From positions 401,457-465,456 of the forward strand of contig CAWJTV010000039.1 of the NCBI GenBank assembly GCA_963845755.1: DNA of 64,000 nt, read 5' to 3'. Position numbers and translations under genes: made by a program. This DNA is from an uncultured Planctomycetota bacterium. GTDB taxonomy: Bacteria > Planctomycetota > Planctomycetia > Isosphaerales > Isosphaeraceae. Position 1 is the stretch's first letter, and the number at the start of each line of letters is the position of its first letter. Below the pieces are notes generated by a model, which was not told the DNA's origin, ran no database searches, and saw nothing but the letters and a program-made list of their open reading frames with translations. This document shows positions 12,108-24,382 of the stretch, in pieces.

Positions 12108-13514
12108 ATGTCAACCCTGATCGGCAACCTGGCCCCGGACTTCGATCTCCCTTGCACGCGGTTCGCAGAACCGGGACGGGAGCGGGTCGCACTGAGTGAT
12201 TATCGTGGCCGATGGCTGGTCCTGGTGTTCTACCCGCGCGACTTCTCGCTGATTTGCCCGACCGAGCTGATCGGCCTGAGCCAGCGATTCGACGAATTCG
12301 CGGCGCAGGGACTGCGCGCTACTGGGGATCAGTTGCGACTCGGTCGCCTCGCACGAGGCGCTGGATCGCGACGCCGAGGGCCAACGGTGGGCTGGGGGGA
12401 TTGAACTTCCCGCTGGCGAGCGACCTGGACGGGGCGACCGCCCGGAGCTATGGCGTCTACCTGGAACGGCAGGGGGTCGCGGTTCGTGGGCTGTACATCA
12501 TCGATCCGGGCGGCCTGGTGCAGTACCAGGTCGTCCATAACCTGAGCGTTGGGCGGCGGAGTCAGGAGGTCTTGCGGGTGCTCATGGCCCTCCAATCGGG
12601 CGGGTTGTGCCGCGAGGACTGGATGGCCGAGGACCCGGCCTTCGATCCCTTCAAGGCGATCCGGCCGGGGAGCTATTTTTCCCACTACATGATCGAGGCC
12701 GAGGTCGGCTCCGGGACGTTCGCGCGGGTCTACCGGGCGCGAGACCTCCAGCTCGATCGGCCTGTGGCTCTGAAGGTGTTCAAGCCGGATTGCCCGGTGA
12801 CGCCAAGCGCCGCCCTGGCCGAGGCCCGAGCGGCGGCCGCGCTGAACCACCCGAACCTCTGCACGATCTACGCGGTGGACGACACGGCGGGCGTTCCGAT
12901 CATCACGATGGAGTACATCTCCGGCCAGCCGATCAGCCAGCTCGCGCGGGAGAACCCGCTGCCTCTCGATTCGCTCCTCTCGATCGGCCGGCAGATCGCC
13001 GAGGGGATGGCTGCCGCCCACGGGGCCGGCATCGTCCATGGTGACCTCAAGCCGGAGAACGTCCTGGTGACTGCGGAAGGGCTGGTCAAGGTGCTCGATT
13101 TCGGGCTGGCGCGTCGACTGCGCCAGAGCCCGCCGGTCGCCTCCGATGACACGGCCGATCTGGGCCTCGCCGAGCAAGGCGCCGGGCTCTTCGGCACCCC
13201 CCGGTTCCTCGCCCCCGAGCAGGTGCCGCGGCGAGCCGGCCGGCCAGGCCAGCGACGTCTTCTCGCTGGGCCTCATCCTCTACGAGCTCGCGACCGGCAA
13301 GATGGCTTTCCCTGCCGGCAATCTCCTCCGGATCCTCGACCAGATCCGCTCGGTCGAGCCCGAGTCCCTGGCCGCCGAGGCCCCCGAGCTGTTCACCCCG
13401 CTTCTTCGTCAATTGCTTGTCGCCGACCCGGTCCAGCGCACGATCACTATGAGGGAGGCGGCCGAGTACCTGCTCGGCGCCTCCGAGCCCCCGGCTGGGT
13501 TCTCCGCGCTCTGA
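12108..13514 (+). CDS. Typical 2-Cys peroxiredoxin (AhpC) fused to a Ser/Thr protein kinase; indels near 12325 and 13225
   Basis: FYPRDFSLICPTE, VRGLYIIDP and GGLCREDW, then in the same frame as the last two GSGTFARVY, VALK, HGDLKPEN, DFG, GTPRFLAPE. Confidence 0.85.
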
Positions 13515-13640
13515 GCGAGATTCAATTGTACAGAAACGCGAGATGCGAGATACTTCTCCAGGTCGATCATATTGGCTCCGCGACGTGAGCGGGGCGACTC
13601 TCCCGATCTCGGGACACTTCAGAGTCGGAGGGCGACGATC

Positions 13641-16557
13641 GTGCCCCATTCGAACGCCGACCGGAATTTGCTCTTCGGTGTGCTCGCCCTTCAACTGGAG
13701 CTGATCGACGCTCGCCAGTTCGCCGATGCCTGCGCGGGCTGGGCGTCGCGCAAGGAGATCGCACTGGCCGACCTCTTGACCGAGCGGGGCTGGATCACAA
13801 AGGACGACCAGGACGAGGTGGACCGGCTCCTGGAACGGAAGTTGAAGCGTCACGGCGGCGACATCCACGCCAGCCTGGCGGCGGTCACCGACGAACGGGT
13901 CCAAAGCGCGGCGGCCGAGATCACGGATCCCGATCTGAGACATTCGCTTTCCCCGCCACCACGGGCGGGCGGGCATGTGCTGATCTCCACGATCGGGCAC
14001 ACACCCGAGAGCCGTGAGCGGTATACCTTGACGCGGTTGCACGCCCAGGGAGGGATCGGCCAGGTCTGGCTGGCACGCGACGCCGACCTCGGCCGCGAGG
14101 TTGCGCTCAAGGAACTACGGCCCGAGCGAGCCAGCCACCCGGAAATCTGGGCTCGCTTCCTGGAAGAGGCGCAGGATTACCGGCCAGCTCGAGCATCCCA
14201 ACATCGTCCCGGTCCATGAACTGGTCACGCCCGCCGAGACGGGGAAGCCGTTCTACACCATGCGGTTTGTCAAGGGACGCACCCTGGCCGACGCGATCCA
14301 GGCTTATCACCGTGACCGCGTCGCGGGTGGCGCCGGTGCACTCGGGTTTCAGGCCCTCTTGAATGCGTTTCTCGGGGTCTGCAATGCGGTGGCCTATGCC
14401 CATTCGCGGGGGGTGATTCATCGCGACCTCAAGCCACAGAACGTCGTGCTGGGCGACTACGGCGAAGTGATCGTCCTGGATTGGGGCCTGGCCAAGCTCG
14501 TCGATCGGCCGGAGGAGACGATGACCCCGGCGGTGTCGCTCGAATCGGGCGAGGAGCGCGGCGAGACGATGCAGGGTCAGGTGCTGGGGACACCCGCTTA
14601 CATGGCGCCGGAGCAGGCGGAGGGGCGTTGGGATGACGTGGGTCGATGCAGCGATGTCTACGGCGTGGGGGCAATCCTCTACGAGATCCTGGCCGGGCAG
14701 CCGCCATTCGATGCGTCGGATGTGGCCGTGATCCTCCGCCAGGTCGCCCACGAACCGCCCGTCCGCCCGCGGGTCGTGTGCAACTCGGCGCCGGCGGCAC
14801 TGGAGGCGGTCTGCCTGAAGGCGTTGGCCAAGCGGCCCGGGGACCGATATGGTTCGGTCCGCGAGCTGGCCGACGAAGTCCGGCACCATCTGGCCGACGA
14901 GCCAGTCTCGGCCTATCGGGAGCCGATATCCACCCGATTGACCCGTTGGGGGCGGCGGCACCGAACCGTAGCGGTCGCCCTCGGGGTATTGCTGATCAGC
15001 TCGGTCGTCGGGTTGACCATCGGTACCCTGCTCCTGGGACGCGCGAACGCGCGCATCGAGGACCAGCGCCGGATCGCCGAGGCCAGCTTCCGCAAGGCCC
15101 GAAAGGCCGTGGACGAGTATTTCACCAAGATCAGCGAGAGCAAGCTCCTGAGCGTCCCCGGCCTCCAGCCCTTGCGCAAGGAGTTGCTGGATTCGGCACG
15201 CACGTATTACGAAGAGTTCGCCCGCGAGCATAGCGATGACCCGACCGTTCAGGCCGACCTGGCCGAGGCCTGGTATCGCGTTGCCTACATCACCAACTTC
15301 AAGGGCTCCGGGCAGGAGGCGCTTCCCCTCTTATCCAGGGCACTGACCCTGTATCGCAACCTCGCGCAACGGCACCCCGGAGTCGTCCGTTACCCCTACA
15401 AGGTGGCCATGTGCCTCAACGACCTCGGCATCCTTCAGTCTTCCGCTGGCTCATTCGACGAGGCGGCTCGATCGCATCAAGAGGCCCGCGAAATCCGCGA
15501 GAAGATCGCGAAGGAGAATCCGACCGTCGCGGAATACCAGAAGGAACTGGCCCTGAGTTATGGGAATCTGTCCGGTTGCCGTTACGACGCCGGCCGTATC
15601 TTCGAGGCGCTGGATTACGAAGCGAAGGGCCGCGACCTCCTCGAGACCCTCGTTCGGGAATACCCGGCCGTCGCCGATTACCGCTCTCGTCTCGCCGGTT
15701 CGTACAATGGAATGGGACGGTTTCTCAGGGACATCGGCCGGACCGGCGAGGCACTCCGCATGCATCTCCGGGCCGTTGATCTCCTGGAACAACTCGTCCG
15801 CGAGGACCATGCGGAGAGCCTAGAATTAAATGGTCGCCTGGATTTCCAATCCCACCTTGCGGCGTCCTATCAGAATATCGGCTTCATTCAATGCCGGGTC
15901 ACCGACCAGGTTCCCGAGGCGTTGCAGTCCCATCGGCGAGCCCTCTCGATTCACGAGACCCTCGCTCGCGAAAACCCGACCGTCGATGATTACCAGGACC
16001 AACTCGCCTGGTGCCTCACGAACATTGGCTTGATCCAGGACTCGCTCGGCCAGGTGAATGAGGCGCTACAGACCCATCAGCGCGCCCTTTCAATTCGCGA
16101 TCGGCTCGCACTCCGGCAGCCTTCGGTTGCCTGGTTTCAGAACCAGGTCGCGTACAGCAACTGGTATATCGGCCTGTTGCAGCGGAAAGCCGGCCGGGAG
16201 GACGATGCATTGCAGTCGCTCCGGAAGGCGCAGACGATCTTCGAAAAGCTCGCCGGCTCGAATTCGATCGACCCGTACAACCTCGCCTGTATCCAGGCCA
16301 TTTGTGGCACGTTAGTTGGACTGGGCAAGTCTGAACTCAGTCCCGAAGAGAAGGTCCTGAAGGAGCAGTTTACCGACCGCGCCATGGCCATGCTCCGGGG
16401 CGTTTCCTCGGGCGGTTTCCACAACGCCGATTTCATCCACAACGACCCGGATTTCGCGTCGATTCGCTCTCGCGACGATTTCCGGAATTTGATCGACGAG
16501 TTGCGCTCCAAGGCCAAGGCTGAGCAGACCGTTCACGCCGACGAGACCAACCGCTAA
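13641..16557 (+). CDS. Ser/Thr kinase with TM helix and C-terminal TPR repeats (indel near 14172)
   Basis: DRNLLFGVLALQ N-terminus; AQGGIGQVW, HRDLKPQN, DWGLAK, GTPAYMAPE; repeated LA..Y..LG TPR units. Confidence 0.9.
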
Positions 16558-16699
16558 GAAGCATTCTCTTGGCGGATTCATCGAAGCACTCGACAGGCCA
16601 CAACCCTGGTAGAATACGAGACTCCGCGCGAAGGATCTCACCGCAACGTGAGGACTGAGAGAATCGCCAACAGGGTCTTATCCCGTTCAGGAACCGATC

Positions 16700-17386
16700 A
16701 TGCCCCTTGCAGCCGAACCCTACCTCGCCATTTTCGACCATGACGGAGTCCTCGTGGACTCGCTCGAGGCTCACCAGCAGGCCTGGTTCGAGCTGGAGCG
16801 CCGGACGAAGCTGGGCCTCACGCCCGAGTTCATCCACGCGACCTTCGGCATGACCAATCCCAGCATCTTCCGCCGCCTGCGAGGCGAGGCCATCACCGAG
16901 GACGAGATCCGGCGCTATTCCGATCTGAAGGAAGAGTGCTATCGCGATGTGGCGCGGGGCCGAATCGTGCTCCTGGACGGGATGCGGCCGGTGCTCGACG
17001 CCCTGACGGCGCGCGGCGTGAAGCTGGCGATCGGCTCCAGCGGGCCGCGGGCCAACCTCGAGCTGACCGTCACGGAATGCGGGCTCGACGGCCGGTTCGC
17101 CGCGATCGCGTCGCTGGAGGACATCACCCACGGAAAGCCCGATCCTCAGATTTTCCTGGTCGCGGCGGCCAAATCGGGCGTCGAGCCGATCCGTTCGGTC
17201 GTGTTCGAGGACGCGCCGGTCGGCATCCAGGCCGCCAAGGCCGCCGGCATGTACGCCGTGGGCTTGACCACCACCGTCCCGGCCGCCGCGCTGGAAGCGG
17301 CCGGCGCCGATGAGGTCGTCGCCAACCTCGTGGGCTACGATGTCGATCGGCTCCTCGAACGGCTCGATGCCGGCGCCGGGTCTTGA
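16700..17386 (+). CDS. HAD-family phosphatase (beta-PGM/CbbY-like)
   Basis: IFDHDGVLVDS, GKPDP, FEDAPVGIQAA. Confidence 0.9.
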   Translation: MPLAAEPYLAIFDHDGVLVDSLEAHQQAWFELERRTKLGLTPEFIHATFGMTNPSIFRRLRGEAITEDEIRRYSDLKEECYRDVARGRIVLLDGMRPVLDALTARGVKLAIGSSGPRANLELTVTECGLDGRFAAIASLEDITHGKPDPQIFLVAAAKSGVEPIRSVVFEDAPVGIQAAKAAGMYAVGLTTTVPAAALEAAGADEVVANLVGYDVDRLLERLDAGAGS

Positions 17387-17434
17387 GTCGGGTGGGTGAA
17401 ACGCACCAAGAACGCGGCCCGATACCGAGGGGTT

Positions 17435-19807
17435 TCACCGACCTTGCAAAGGCCGGGGTCTGCGTAGGTCGCTGGAACCCTCGGTGAGCTCGATCGTCTG
17501 ATCCGCGGAGATCTGATGGATTGTCTGGGTCGTGCGGCTCACGGGCCAGGTCACCGTCAGGGTGTCCACCGTGGTGGCGTCTCCCAGCCCGATCAGCTCC
17601 ACCAATGAGCTGCCCCCGTAGCTGGACGTGGCGCCGACCTGGCGGAAGACCGATCGACTCGGGCCGGATGCTGGCGTAACATCCACCCGGATCTTGGCGC
17701 CCAGGCCCGCGCGATTGGTCTTTGTCCCGACGATCTTGACCTTGAGGAAATGTCGGTGGTGGCCGGGGTTCTGGAACAGGAGGTTATGGGCCCGGTCGCC
17801 CGGCACCGCGCCGCCCATCTCGACGAACAGGTCGAGATCGCCGTCGTCATCCCAGTCGGCGAACGAAGACCCGTGCCCCTTCTGGAGGTGGCCGGTGCCC
17901 GACGAGGCCGAGATGTCCTCGAACCGACGGCCCTCCACGTTCTTGTACAGCACGTTGGGCATCAGGCCCGAGTAGTCGGGCCGACCGGTTGCCAGGTAGA
18001 TGTCCAGGAACCCGTCGTTGTCGATGTCGCCGATGGCCATGCCCATCGCCAGGGCGACGCGATCGAGTCCGGCCTCCAGACCGACGTCGCGGAATCCGGC
18101 AGATCCGAGGTTCCGGAATAGCCGCGGGCGTTTCACCTTCGGATCCGGTGGGCCGAGCATGCTGGCCACGTACTCGTTGAGATTGCCGCCGTAGTCGACG
18201 ACGAAGAGATCGAGGCGACCGTCGTTGTCGAAGTCGAGGAACCCGCAGGCGAAGCTCATGATCGGCTCGGTCACGCCCAGCTCGCGGGCGACGTCGGCGA
18301 ACGTGCCGTCGCCGTTGTTCCGATAGAGCCGATTCTCCGCGCCGAAGTTCGAGAGATACAGGTCGAGGTCATCGTCGCCGTCGACGTCGCCCCAGGCCGC
18401 CGCCTTGGCATAGCGATCGTTCTGCACCCCGGCGCGGGCCGCGACGTCGGTGAACGTCCCATCGCCGTTGTTCCGATAGAGCCGGCCGTGATTCCTCGGG
18501 TCACCCGGGATCAAGGACGGATCCCCACCAAAGAGTCCGTCCGCGGCGGACGACGCGTATTCGCCGCAGACATAGAGATCGACGCGCCCGTCGTTGTCGA
18601 AATCGCCCCAGGCCGCCGAGTGGGAGGCAATCGGCTCGCCCAGGCCGCTGGCGATCGTGACGTCCTCGAACGCCCCGCCGCCCGTATTGCGCAGCAGCGT
18701 CATGCGCGGCGGCGTTTTCCCAGCCGCCACGGAGCAGGAGCACGTCCAGCCGCCCGTCGTTGTCGTAATCGGCCTGCACGGCGTTGGTCGCCAGCGGCTG
18801 CGCTTTCAGCACGGCGGATCCGGAGCGGTCCTCGAACCGGCCATCGCCGCGGTTGACGAACAGCGAGGCTCCCAGGTCTGTGTCGAACGCCGTGGTGAAG
18901 ACATCGGGCCGGCCGTCGCCGGTGAAGTCGTCGAACACGCTCCCCCCGGCCATGTTCGGCCCTCGGACATTGAGCCCGACCTGCGTCGCGACGTTCTCGA
19001 ACCGACCGATATCGAGCCGCGAGCGGAATGGATCGAGCGGGATGCGCCACTGGGCGGGGACCTGGTCCGGGTATTCCCCGAGCGTCATGTAGGCGAGGTT
19101 CAACAGCCAGCGCACGCCGAGGTCTTCGGGCCGTCGGCGGAGGTAGGCCGTGAAGTGGCCGATCGCCGCGCGCGAACCCGACGGCTGCTGGTGCACGGCT
19201 TCGGGCACGATCGGCAAGATGCAGCTCGAAGGCCCCCGACAGTCCAGGCAATTCTCGGTCTCCCCGCGGCGCAGATGAATCACGCCCAGCAACGCCTCCA
19301 GGTTGGCCCTCAGGTCGGCGGGGCGCCTGGGTTCTCTTCCAGGGCCCGCTCGGTCCACTCGGCCGCCTCGGCGAATCGCCCCTCGTACATCAACAAGTAG
19401 ACGATCGACGCTTGAACTCGCAGGCGGCGAAACGAAGGGTCGGGGCCTTCCCGCGGGATCGCGCCCAGCTCGGCGAGCCGATCGGCGAGCCCGCGCTGCG
19501 ACCGGGTCGCGAACGCATCACGTACTTGCTCGATCGATCCGCGGTCCTGAATCGGCCCCGTGAACCGGGCCGCCGTTGAGTAGCCCGCCGTCTCGAATCC
19601 CCCCGCGCTGAAGATCGGAAACGCCGGGCTAGAGCCGCGCGGCGTGCCGCGGCGCGGATCCGGCGACGCCAACGCCGCAGCCTGCATCCAGCCGCCCTGC
19701 CCCGGGATGGTCCTCTGGGCCCTGGGGGTCGTCAACACCTTGCCCACCGCACCCAGGAATGTTCCGCACAGCACCAATCCAATCACGAACTTGATGGCCC
19801 GTCGCAT
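17435..19807 (-). CDS. CRTAC1/ASPIC-UnbV family FG-GAP repeat protein; frameshifted
   Basis: Repeated D(F/Y)DNDGRLD(L/V) motifs; C-terminal TNRAGLGAKIRV...IGLG...VTWP. Confidence 0.85.
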
Positions 19808-19968
19808 CGCGGAATCCCTTGAACCTGGATGGCTGCGTTCACGCTCCGTGAGAGACCGGCCACAGGGCCTGATCGTGGTGGACGAACCAACCCAGGTGGT
19901 GAGGCGGGAGACGATCTGGTCGGCGACCACGATCCCTGGATTACACGTCAACATGGTTCCCTGCGAAA

Positions 19969-20131
19969 GACAAGCCCCTAACGCGGCCTTCGGCCGCAAC
20001 CCGATCGGGATTCCCGATTCGAGATTCCGGATTCCCGAAGGGAAATGATTCCGGAATCGGGAATCTCGGATCCGGAATTCGGAATCCCCAGATGCGCGCA
20101 TGGCGCAGGGAGTCTACGGAGGAAGACTCTA
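19969..20131 (-). repeat. About 160 bp dispersed element with heptamer core; second copy at 56865-57027 (+)
   Basis: Reverse complement aligns by eye: tagagtc.tcct.cgtag...tgcgcgcatctggggattccg...gttgcggccgaagg.cgcgttagggg. Confidence 0.8.
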
Positions 20132-20211
20132 GCGCGGCCATGCCGCATCCGCCGTCGTCCACGACCGGATTTCCCGCGGAGACTCTTCCCTTCCCAACTA
20201 CGGACGAACCT

Positions 20212-20808
20212 TCAACCTGGCGCCGGTCCGCGGTAGCCCAGGGCGACCAGCATACGCTCGAGTCGATCGCGAGCCTCCTGGTCTTGCGGACGCACCCAGT
20301 CGCGGCCGATTCGTTCCCAGTCCGGGTCAGTCGGATCGATCCCCCGGGCCTCCAGGAACCCGGCCCCGCAGATGAAGAACTGGTGGCGGAAGGGGAAGAG
20401 GTATCCGCCCTCGGCTTCCAGCGATGCGCGGGCCTCGGAGTATCGGGCGAACCAGCGATTGAGATAGGCCGCGGCGCCCGCCTCGAAGAACCGTTCGGTG
20501 TCGAGCCGCAGCTCCGCCGGAACCTCCAACCTGCGCTTGCAGTCCTTCCAGGCCGGATAGCCCAGCTCGGCGGCGATCACCGCCAGCGCATGCTTGAGCT
20601 GGACCGAATCTCGCCGCCCGAGGATCGCCTCGGCTGCGAGGGCGGCGAAGGCGGGCAGGATTTGAAACCGTTCGGCGGCGCGGGTGGCTCGAGGAGGGTC
20701 CTCGCAGCGGAGGTCCTTGAGCAGGAGCGATGCCCGGATCTTGCATTCCGGAAGGGTCGGGGCCGTCGACGCGGCCCGGCGCGGTGTCCTCATCGCGGAG
20801 TCTCCCAT
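20212..20808 (-). CDS. Conserved hypothetical protein
   Basis: Protein-like ORF with CKIRASLLLK and QLKHALAVIAAELGYPAW motifs. Confidence 0.6.
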   Translation of the reverse strand: MGDSAMRTPRRAASTAPTLPECKIRASLLLKDLRCEDPPRATRAAERFQILPAFAALAAEAILGRRDSVQLKHALAVIAAELGYPAWKDCKRRLEVPAELRLDTERFFEAGAAAYLNRWFARYSEARASLEAEGGYLFPFRHQFFICGAGFLEARGIDPTDPDWERIGRDWVRPQDQEARDRLERMLVALGYRGPAPG

Positions 20809-21067
20809 GATTTCGAACGGCCCTCAACCCGATCTGGGGCCATTCCTGGGGCTCGCGGAGGATGCAAGGCACGTGAGACGAGCCGATCGGGGGTGACGTC
20901 GTCTTTCTCGGGTGCAGGCGCCCCCCGGCACCTGACTCTTGACGATCTTACCAGACCGTCTCAGAAATCGACACCAGGCGGACTCTCGAGGTTCGCCCCG
21001 TATCGAACCCGAGGACGTGGACTCCCATCGGAGAATCGGCACGGAGGGCTCGTGGCGCTCGATCCGT

Positions 21068-21775
21068 TCAATTGCCCTGATGGAGGCCGACGCTCTCGAC
21101 TCCCTCGAGCGCATTGAGCTCCATGACCAGATCGGCCGGTACACAGCCCTGCCGGAGCAGGACGCGATAGGCCAGCTCCAGGGATGCTCCCTGACGCGCC
21201 GTGCCGACGGAGGTCAGCGTGAATTGTCGCGTCGCGGTGCCGAGGAGCTGTTCGGCCGCGGGCCGGGCCCCCGCCGATGCCGCGATCCGGAGCGCCAGGG
21301 TGCATTCGGCCCCGTGCCAGTTGTCGACCCGGCGCGGCCACAGCACCAGCGACGCGGCGAAGACGATCCCCAGGCCCACCAACCCTACCACCAGATGGTT
21401 CGCACCCGAGGCCATGCCGACGACCACGGCGAAGATGACGAAGGCCGTGTCCTGACTGTCCTTGACCACCGTCCGGAACCGCACCACCGACAGGGCCCCG
21501 ACCAGGCTGAACGCCCGGGCCACGTTGTCGCCGATGACCTGCGTCGCCATGGCGATCACTGTGGCCAGCAACACCAGCGTGGTCAGGAACGTCACGCGCA
21601 CCGGCTCCCCGCGCCGGGCCCATCGGTAGATCCCGGCGACCGCCGCGCCGAGGATCAGCGCCATCCCGATCCGCCAGATCAACACCGCGGGCGCCGGTTC
21701 CGAGCCATTCGCCAGCGACGTTTGCAGCCATTCAGGCATCGACCATCTCCCGAAGAAGAGTCCCCCGTTGAGCAT
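21068..21775 (-). CDS. DUF4956 family membrane protein
   Basis: IGDNVARAFSLVGALSVVRFRT. Confidence 0.85.
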   Translation of the reverse strand: MLNGGLFFGRWSMPEWLQTSLANGSEPAPAVLIWRIGMALILGAAVAGIYRWARRGEPVRVTFLTTLVLLATVIAMATQVIGDNVARAFSLVGALSVVRFRTVVKDSQDTAFVIFAVVVGMASGANHLVVGLVGLGIVFAASLVLWPRRVDNWHGAECTLALRIAASAGARPAAEQLLGTATRQFTLTSVGTARQGASLELAYRVLLRQGCVPADLVMELNALEGVESVGLHQGN

Positions 21776-21781
21776 TTCTCG

Positions 21782-24019
21782 TCATGGCGTGACCTTGCGG
21801 ATCTCCGGGTGATTGAGGAGGTACTTGCGCCGTTGCTCGGCGAACGCCCGCAGTCCCGAGCCCGGCCGGCGCCGGAATCCGCTGCCGCCGGGTCCGCGGG
21901 TGCGTCGGCCACGGCCTTCTGGAATGCGGCCAGCGAACTCAACTTGCGCGTGTCGGACTCGACGTCCTTCTCGATCAAGGCCCGGTACTGGGCCACGACC
22001 GGTCCGAGCGTGTTCCAGTCCAGCCACTTCTCGGCGATGGCGCGGACATGGTCGAGGTACCGGGCCTTCAGGCTCGGGACGGCCAGCAACCGGCTCCGCA
22101 ACGGCTTGCGCGCGTCGTCCAGGCCGATCAAGGGATCGATCTCGATCCCCGACGGCCGAGGCCCACCTCCGGCCGCTCGGCCACCCGGACCGCCCGGACC
22201 CGGACCGCCACCCGGTCCACCTCCGCCGGGACCGGGCCGACCACCCGGTCCGCCGCGACCACGACCGCCGAACCCCGGCCCGCCAGGACCGAAACCCATC
22301 GCCGCCTGGAAGGTCTCGTTCGCATCGTGAGGAATCATGTGGAACTTCCCCTTTGCGTCGCGATAGATGCTGTAGTCGCTGGCCCGGGTCCAGTAGCCGT
22401 CGCCGTTGATCAGGGCGTTGTCGATCGCCAGGAACCAGAGCGTGCCGTCGATGTCGAGGATCGGCTTCAAGGCCTCTTCCAGCTTGTCCAGCGGGGTCTC
22501 GTTGAGGACCTTGCAGAGCGCGATCAGGGCTTTCCAGTCCTTCGGGTCATCGTCGGATTTGATCTCGAACCGGCGCTTGTATTCCTCGACGTTCTCGCCG
22601 AGGTAGCGCAGGCCGCCGTCCGCGCCGGGGTTCCCCGGCACTTTCCAGCGGGCGCCTTTGCTACTGGGGAAGTTCTCCGTCAGGAAGGTCTTGTCGAACT
22701 GCTGGGCGTTGACATACAGGCCCCAGCTTTCGCCGTTGATGACCACCCGGACGAAGTTGGCCTTCGGCGCCGGGATGTATTGCCGGGCGACGTGGAGGTA
22801 CAGGACCGTGTGCAGGAAGGTCGGATCGTCGTGCGAATTGAGCAGGTTGAGCGTCTTGTAGCCGAGGAGGCGCTGGTCGGGATCGACGAAATCGAGGGAC
22901 AGATTGAGCGACCGCTTGTGGCCCTCGCGCACCCCCATGAAGGACGAGAGCCCGCGGTTATGCACGCCAACGTTGGGATACGACTTGCCGTCAACGACCA
23001 GCGTCGCCGGGACTTCGACGTCGGAGTGGTAGAAGTCGGCGAGCTCGTCCTCCCAGCCCTTGTCTGCGAAATCGAGGAAGAGGGTTCGAATGATGGTCGG
23101 CTCGTAGAGCGACTTGCCGGGGAAGGTCTCGACGTCGCCCGGTTGGAGGCGTCGGCCGGGTTTCGGCGGATCGGAGTTCTCCCGGCCAAAGCCGCCGGGT
23201 CCGCCGGGCGGTCCGAAGCCGCCGGGGCCGCCGGGTCCGAAGCCGCGACGGCCCCGGCCGCCCGATTCGCGTTCCTTCTTGACGGCAAGTCGAGCGGCCA
23301 GACGCTCGGACTGGCTCAACCGGCCATCGGCGTCCTGATCGAACTTGGCGACGAGTTTGCGATCCCCACCCATGGGACCACCCGGACCGAAGCCGGGAGG
23401 CGGCCCCATGCCGCCGATTCATCGCCGAGGCCAGGCCATCCCCATCAATCGATCCTTTCTTGTCCCGGTCGGCGTCGCGGACGAACTGCTCGGCGGCCTT
23501 GGCCGCTTCTTCCGGGGTGAGTCGTCCGTCCTTGTTCGTGTCGGCGAGCTCCATCACCTGGGGAGCCAGGAACATGCCGGGACCGAAACCCGGCGGCGGG
23601 CCTCCGCCCGGGTCGTCGGGTTCGAAGCCCGGCGGCGGGCCGAGCCGCCGGTTGATCGCTTCCCGCAGTGCCCCCAGGTCCAGCGAGCCCTTTTTCTCGT
23701 TGTCGGCGTCGCGGACGAACTGTTCGGCGGCCCTGGCCGCCTCCCCAGGCGCAAGGCGGTCATCCTCGTCCGCGTCGGCCGCCTCCAGGATCCGGGCGCC
23801 AGGAAGGACCCGGGCCCGAAGCCTCCCGGCGGTCCACCAGGGCCACCGGGCCCGATTCCTCCCGGTGGTTGTGCAGGGTGCGCGCAGCCCGCCCGGATCC
23901 AGCAGGACGACATCCACCGATGCGCTCTGGTCCGGCGGGGCCATCATGCCCAGCGTCACCGCGGAGACCAGTGCGAGCCCGACCGCGATCTGCAAGAACG
24001 AGCCGGTGATTCTTGACAT
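21782..24019 (-). CDS. CotH-family kinase with N-terminal EF-hand-like repeats and Gly/Pro-rich linkers; frameshifted
   Basis: DTNKDGRLTPEE and DQDADGRLSQSE; VGVHNRGLSS...KRSLNL...INGESWGLY...IPHDANETF. Confidence 0.85.
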
Positions 24020-24382
24020 GATGGCTCCCGTCTCGTGTGGTTGGTTCAATCCAGGAAAGCTTGCCACGATTCGATCACGGATCGGCATGCACTCCGGAGC
24101 CCGGATGTCGCGACTCATACGAAGTCCCGGAGGCGACCGCTTCCTCACTCAATCTTCACGTTCCACAATACCCGAGAACGGCCGGAGGGACGATCCGGAG
24201 ACAAATCCGTCCGAAATCATTCGGTGGTCGGCGATGCCGATGACGTTCCCGGCTTTCGGACCCTGACCCACGGCCAACATGCCGGCCCCTCCTCAGCCGG
24301 GCCGTTTTTTGGTACCGTCGAGACCAACCCGACGGATACGGATTTCGGACGAACTTCGACAACCTCAGGAGCTTCATTCGCG

